From the NCBI GenBank assembly GCA_051439505.1, contig JBFRWI010000225.1:1-30688 (forward strand): a DNA stretch of 30,688 bases, in the 5' to 3' direction. A model generated the notes under the pieces. That model saw only the letters and a list, made by a program, of their open reading frames with translations, was not told where the DNA came from and made no database searches. The position numbers were made by a program, and so were the translations under genes. Every line of letters starts with the position of its first letter. Within the stretch, counting starts at the first letter, position 1. Of the stretch, positions 26,034 through 30,688 are shown in pieces. The DNA is from Hormoscilla sp. Its GTDB lineage: Bacteria; Cyanobacteriota; Cyanobacteriia; Cyanobacteriales; Desertifilaceae.

Positions 26034-26876
26034 ATGACGGCTGACGAAGCACTTGCTATTGTAGAAACCCTACTCGACTACAAAAGCCTCAATCACGTAC
26101 AAGAGATTGTATTTCGTCAGTCTTGGGAAGGACGATCTTATCAGCAGATTGCGACAAGATCTGGATATGACTATAGTTACATCAAGGATACTGGTTCTAA
26201 ACTATGGAAGCAACTGTCAAATGCATTTGGGGAAAAGGTCAAAAAAGATAACCTTAAGTCTGTCCTGAGACGATATTTACGGCGGAATCAGGTAAACTTC
26301 TATCGAAATCAAGTAATTGAAATTAATCTCAACGGCGCTGACCTAAATGGTGCGGGTATAGATGTAGCTAATCTTAGTGGAGCCAGACTTGAATTTACCA
26401 ACTTGAATGAATTTTATTGCGATCGGGCTGATTTCGATAAAGAGAAAAGACCTGACGATCGCACGATATTAGGCGAAGATGGGATAAATGGAGAAGAGGA
26501 GTCTCACCCGATCGCCCATGAGTATAGTTCTGAAAACATCACCTATTACTGGAATGGGTTGTATTTTCGCTCTTTAGCAGAGGTAAAAATTGCCGAGGCC
26601 CTCGATCGGGCGGAAGTTTTGTTTTTTCCGAAAGCTACGGCGCGGTTGCAGACACCCGATGGCAAGCAGAACGAAGAACCTCATTTTCTAGTTTGTTACG
26701 AGGGAAAGTTAGGTATTTTGAAGGTGGATGTGCCTCAGGTACATCTGGAGACCGAAAGCGATCGCGATCTGGTTTTGCAATCTCAGGGTATCCAACTGGT
26801 TCGGCATTACGACCCGATGCAATGCCGTGCCGAACCTGATACTGTGGTCCGGGAGTTTTTGCAGCTTTTGCGGTAG
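26034..26876 (+). CDS. HTH-domain protein with short pentapeptide repeats and a degenerate restriction-endonuclease-like C-terminal domain
   Basis: N-terminal LNHVQEIVFRQSWEGRSYQQIA...YIKDTGSKLWKQLSNAFGEKVKK resembles the HTH of cyanobacterial STAND/AAA proteins. Middle NLNGADLNGA..ANLSGA. C-terminal FRSLAEVKIAEALDR...EPHFLV..GILKVD. Confidence 0.72.
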   Translation: MTADEALAIVETLLDYKSLNHVQEIVFRQSWEGRSYQQIATRSGYDYSYIKDTGSKLWKQLSNAFGEKVKKDNLKSVLRRYLRRNQVNFYRNQVIEINLNGADLNGAGIDVANLSGARLEFTNLNEFYCDRADFDKEKRPDDRTILGEDGINGEEESHPIAHEYSSENITYYWNGLYFRSLAEVKIAEALDRAEVLFFPKATARLQTPDGKQNEEPHFLVCYEGKLGILKVDVPQVHLETESDRDLVLQSQGIQLVRHYDPMQCRAEPDTVVREFLQLLR

Positions 26877-27049
26877 AAGGAAAATGCCCGATCTGTTTGC
26901 AAAAAAGTTGCTACAGGAATTGCGCCAAAGTTCCCAAAGTTCTCCTACTTCGCTGTCAGCCCGCCGGCGGTGTAACGGGACAGATGCTGGTAGGATTGCA
27001 AAATTACAGCTACAATTGCTGGAATGATGTCTCGCGAGGAAAACCTCGA

Positions 27050-27236
27050 TTAGATAATTGGCGAGAATACAGGCTGTTGAGAATAGACTCAGATATAGAT
27101 CCTGTTAAAAATGACCTGCGCGAGTACGGGTTATATTCATTGTCTCAGAGTCCCGCCCGATGTCCAAAATGCTAGGGAAGCAATTCGCTGGGTGAATTGG
27201 GACATCGATCCGGAAAGTTTCGCGATCGAGACTTAA
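27050..27236 (+). pseudogene. 3' remnant of a DUF6745-like domain, frameshifted
   Basis: LDNWREYRLLRIDSDID, then a frameshift to ILLKMTCASTGYIHCLRVPPDVQNAREAIRWVNWDIDPESFAIET*. Confidence 0.7.
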
Positions 27237-27239
27237 AAT

Positions 27240-28760
27240 ATGTGGTATATAAAAAATGACGAGGAACCGATCGTGCAAAGGTTTTCACTTGCCAATTGGC
27301 TATCAAGGAGAAATAGAAGAACTAGGAAGCGTTATCTGTGGACGGGACTGCTGGTAGTGACCTTGCTGCTATCAGTACAGTTTCAGACAACGGCCACCGA
27401 TCGGATGCGACATTACACGGAGTTGGAGTTTCCGCCTCTGCCAGAAATTCAACTGCCCGACTATACCCGCTTTCAGTTAGAGAACGGCATGAAGGTATTC
27501 TTGATGCCAGACCGGGAACTTCCTCTCATCAGCGGTACGGCCATATTCACTACGGGATCGCGCCTGGAACCTGCGGACAAAGTAGGACTGGCCAGCATTG
27601 TCGGGGAAGTGATGCGTACTGGGGGCACCCGCACCCACTCCCCAGGAGAACTTAACGAACTGCTGGAACAACGGGCCGCTGCGATCGAAACTTCGATCAG
27701 AACTACGGCGGGGGTTGCTATGTTTAATGCCTTGAGTGAAGACACTGACTTAGTGTTGGGGCTATTTGCCCAAGTGCTGCGAGAACCTGTTTTTGATGAA
27801 AGACAGTTGCAGTTAGCTAAAAAACAGCGACGGGGACAAATTGCCCGTCGTAATGACGACCCTTCTGACATTGCCAGTCGGGAGTTCCAGAAACTGGTCT
27901 ACGGACCTGCAAGTCCCTATGCTCGCACCATTGAATATTCGACAATAGACAATATAACCCGCGAGGATGTCGTCAGTTTATACGAGAAATATTTCCATCC
28001 CAACAATATGATTCTGGGAATAGTGGGAGATTTCGATCCCCAAGCAATGCGCCAACTTATTCAGCAAAAGTTTGGTGACTGGCCAGCTAACCGGCAGCTA
28101 GAAATACCTCCTCTGCCAAAGGTCGAGCGAGCAAATAAGGGGGGTATTTTTCTGGTCGATCGCCCTCAGTTAAGCCAAAGTAACGTCCTCATGGGACATC
28201 TGGGGGGTAAGTTTAACGATCGGGACTATTTTGCCCTGGATGTGATGAATGGGGTGCTGAATGGTTTGGGGGGACGGCTGTTTAATCAAGTGCGATCGGC
28301 CCAAGGTTTAGCGTACTCGGTCTACGGATCTTGGAATGCCAGGTATGACTACCCGGGCAAGTTTATTGCTGGGGGACAAACCCGTTCCGAGGCAACTGTG
28401 CCCTTTATTCAGGCAGTCCGATCGGAAATTGAGAAGATCAGGACAACTCCTATTTCCCCAGCAGAACTGAAGTCCGCCCAAGATGCCGTTCTCAACTCTT
28501 TTGTCTTTAACTTTGCTACCCCCTCTCAAACCCTGTCGCGCCTGATGCAATATGAATATTACGGCTACCCAGAAGATTTTATTTTCCAGTACCGAAAAGG
28601 GGTGGAAGGGACTACAGTCGCAGATATCCAGGAGGTCGCTGACCGTTATCTCCAACCAGATGATATCGTGACCCTGGTAGTTGGCAATGCTTCGGCAATT
28701 CAGCCTCCTCTCAGTAGTCTCGATGGAGAGACTATTGTGCAGAAGATCGATCTACAGTAA
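27240..28760 (+). CDS. M16 family peptidase-like protein (non-catalytic partner subunit)
   Basis: QLENGMKV, GLASIVGEVMRTGGT (lacks HXXEH), RLFNQVRSAQGLAYSV. The true start may be slightly downstream. Confidence 0.88.
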   Translation: MWYIKNDEEPIVQRFSLANWLSRRNRRTRKRYLWTGLLVVTLLLSVQFQTTATDRMRHYTELEFPPLPEIQLPDYTRFQLENGMKVFLMPDRELPLISGTAIFTTGSRLEPADKVGLASIVGEVMRTGGTRTHSPGELNELLEQRAAAIETSIRTTAGVAMFNALSEDTDLVLGLFAQVLREPVFDERQLQLAKKQRRGQIARRNDDPSDIASREFQKLVYGPASPYARTIEYSTIDNITREDVVSLYEKYFHPNNMILGIVGDFDPQAMRQLIQQKFGDWPANRQLEIPPLPKVERANKGGIFLVDRPQLSQSNVLMGHLGGKFNDRDYFALDVMNGVLNGLGGRLFNQVRSAQGLAYSVYGSWNARYDYPGKFIAGGQTRSEATVPFIQAVRSEIEKIRTTPISPAELKSAQDAVLNSFVFNFATPSQTLSRLMQYEYYGYPEDFIFQYRKGVEGTTVADIQEVADRYLQPDDIVTLVVGNASAIQPPLSSLDGETIVQKIDLQ

Positions 28761-28925
28761 CTTGAGTCGATTAGCCTCATGGCCCGCCTTCGGCTCGGTC
28801 GTGGGACTAGCAGAATCTCAATTGGAGTTGCTTCCATGATGGTGTTTCCTGCAAACTGTAGGATGTGGGCAAATATCTGGTCACCTGCCATAATATAGCT
28901 TAAGCGAGGTTTACAGGAAAAAAAG

Positions 28926-29436
28926 ATGGGTTTAGTTTACGCAGACATTGAACTGATTAACGGGGGCGATCTCGCCGTCTACCGCAGGGGGTACATCTCA
29001 ACAGACCAAATTAAACGCTGCCAAGTCAAGGCCCTAGTCGATCGCAGTGCTTATCTGCTGGCAATTCCTGAATCTATTAAGATACAACTAGATTTGCCGA
29101 AGCTGGAGGAACAGGTTGCCTCCTTAGCAGATAATTCTCGGATCTCCCTAGACATTGTTGGTCCTGTTGAAGTCAGGTTTGAAAATCTGCGCACTACTGT
29201 TGATGCCTTGGTATTACCTGATGGCAGTGAGGTTTTACTGGGGGGCTATTCCCCTGGAAGGCATGGATGTTTTGATTGACCCCAAGCTGCAAAGGTTAAT
29301 TGTCAATCCCGACAATCCTGACATGGCTGTGACTATCTTAAAATCATATCCCCATCTAGAGATAATTACAAGATTGCTGGGAGGAAAATATGACAGAATT
29401 AATAGAAGTATTGAAATCGGTTCAGTTTCTAGTTGA
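28926..29436 (+). pseudogene. Clan AA (retropepsin-like, AF_0612-type) aspartic protease, frameshifted
   Basis: MGLVYADIELIN..ALVDRSA..LADNS..VGPVEVRF..VLLG, then a frameshift in the G6 run (29240-29245) to GAIPLEGMDVLIDP..LIVNP. The catalytic D(S/T)G reads DRS. Confidence 0.8.
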
Positions 29437-29629
29437 CGATCGGGGGAAAAGGACGGCTGTGCAGTTAAGCATGGATGCTTGGGAAGCATTGCTAGACTGG
29501 ATAGAAGATCGGGAAGATGAAGCGATTGTAGCAGCAGCTTTGACACAATTGCAAGCAGATGGAGGTAGTCCAGAAAAGGCAGGTTGGTTAAATTGGGAAG
29601 CTGTTAAACATGAATGGGATGAAGATTGA
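29390..29629 (+). CDS. Small acidic antitoxin-like protein
   Basis: VQFLVDDRGKRTAVQLSMDAWEALLDWIEDRED...WEAVK pattern of type II antitoxins. GGAGG RBS upstream. No toxin follows. Confidence 0.6.
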   Translation: MTELIEVLKSVQFLVDDRGKRTAVQLSMDAWEALLDWIEDREDEAIVAAALTQLQADGGSPEKAGWLNWEAVKHEWDED

Positions 29630-29872
29630 GGGATACCCTGGGAAGGAGGGAACGCTGCCCGCCAGAGGGGGGCAACCACCGGCGGACCATCCCGTTTCCT
29701 GGCTTCCGCCTGAGAACGAAGCTTTTCTCTGCGGCTTGCCGGTGACCCCAGGGACAGTGAGGTGCTACTGCTGGCTACTATAATTCAACGCTACCGAAAT
29801 TTACTTTCCCTCTCTCGGAGTGGCCATTCCTGCTTGGGAGTGGCTATTTTTGCATGAGAGAGGATCTTCCTG

Positions 29873-30165
29873 CCCAGGAATGATTCGTTCCCGCCTGGGA
29901 GTGGTTAGAGTTGCTAAAGACTGGTTTCTTTGCCGCCAAGGAAGAACTGGTGTACTCCAAGGACGAACTGGTGTACCCCAGGAAGAACTGGTGTACTCCC
30001 AGGACGGACTGGTTCTCGCCCAGGACGGACTGGTTCCCGCCCAGGACGGACTGGTTCCCGCCCAGGAGTAATTCATTCACTCCCAGGAGTAATTCATTCA
30101 CTCCACAGAGTAATTCATTCACTCCACGGAATAATTCATTCACTCCACGGAATAATTCGTTCCCG
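29873..30165. repeat. Graded 21-nt tandem array
   Basis: 11 contiguous units at 29936-30165 (one is 20 nt), plus an in-phase unit at 29873-29893. Degenerate ~20-nt units extend back to ~29817. Confidence 0.9.
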
Positions 30166-30313
30166 CTTCGGGCTTAAAAACGCTCAATCCCAGGCACAGA
30201 CAGAGTTTGAGAGAATTGCACCCATTTTTAGATCTCCCGAACGCCCCCCTAGGTTCCCAGAGGTCGCCAGAGAACGAGGGTCGGATCTGCCATTACGCAA
30301 TCACAAGACATCG

Positions 30314-30375
30314 GTAGGGGCACGGCATCCGTCAATTGGTGGGCAGAACGAAAGAATTATCTCTTGCCGTGCCCC
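30314..30375. repeat. GTAG-led long-loop palindrome
   Basis: GTAGGGGCACGGCA...TGCCGTGCCCC. Confidence 0.7.
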
Positions 30376-30389
30376 GGATAGATAGGACC

Positions 30390-30608
30390 GATCGCATGTA
30401 TGGGCCGATCGCGCCGTGGTTGAGAAACCGGGTTTCTTTTCCAAATAGATATTTTATTTACCAAATATCTAGTAGAAACCCGGTTTCTTGCTTGGGGCGA
30501 TCGCGTGATAACTCCGAAACCGGGTTTCTTTGCAAAATCTCGGTTGGGGTGCCAACATTGTCCTATAAACCCGGTTTATTGCTGGAGCGATCGCACATAC
30601 ATGCGATC
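30390..30608. repeat. Composite HIP1-punctuated repeat with 13-bp terminal inverted repeats
   Basis: GATCGCATGTATG...CATACATGCGATC encloses two (A)GAAACCGGGTTTCT...AAACCCGGTTT modules separated by GCGATCGC. Confidence 0.7.
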
Positions 30609-30688
30609 TGTCATTAAATTTTATTAGTCTGTTAAAAACACCGCCAGGAAACTCGCGATTTTTTAACTGCGGGATGACAGCTTTCACA

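Noticed and set aside
26884..27027. MPDLFAKKLLQELRQ as a duplicate of the preceding gene's C-terminus or as a separate gene
   Set aside because: The similarity to PDTVVREFLQLLR is too weak to support by eye.
29240..29245. Phase-variable G tract
   Set aside because: The run is only 6 nt and the gene has other inactivating changes.
29936..30165. CRISPR or TIGR-like array
   Set aside because: Units are contiguous 21-mers with neighbours identical or nearly so. There are no unique spacers and no associated cas-like gene in view.
29801..30385. Five overlapping repetitive ORFs
   Set aside because: They are open only because of the 21-nt periodicity, and no frame has a convincing start, RBS or recognisable domain.
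30632..30688. Minus-strand CESCHPAVKKSRVSWRCF* as the end of a heme-binding or HNH protein
   Set aside because: Only 18 codons are visible at the window edge and the frame cannot be established.

Overview
Chromosomal segment of a cyanobacterium, probably a filamentous Oscillatoriales-type organism. This rests on abundant HIP1 GCGATCGC octamers, heptamer STRR-like tracts, many small dispersed palindromic repeats and a PEP-CTERM protein. Housekeeping genes are acnB (partial), trpE, trpB2, a GT39-like glycosyltransferase, an M16 peptidase pair and the mlaE-DUF3119-DUF3086-plsY cluster. They are interleaved with accessory genes, several of them decaying: two Uma2 nucleases, tandem DUF3754 paralogs, an AAA ATPase/TOPRIM-like pair, DUF29, a GNAT toxin-like gene with an unannotated 54-aa upstream partner, HicB-like and orphan antitoxins, and an aspartic protease pseudogene. 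Four things stand out. (i) A divergent pair of a secreted trypsin-like protease with a ricin lectin inserted in its catalytic domain plus PEP-CTERM, and an HTH/pentapeptide/degenerate-nuclease protein, with phased 11-bp direct repeats at the protease promoter. (ii) A ~150-bp MITE family with perfect 9-bp target duplications and apparently exchangeable internal hairpin cargo. (iii) Gene fragments that start or end at HIP1 sites: a 90-bp plsY copy and a cobalamin-binding-protein remnant. (iv) A graded 21-nt tandem array. No tRNA, rRNA, CRISPR array, transposase or reverse transcriptase was seen. All family assignments come from motif recognition by eye, not database searches.
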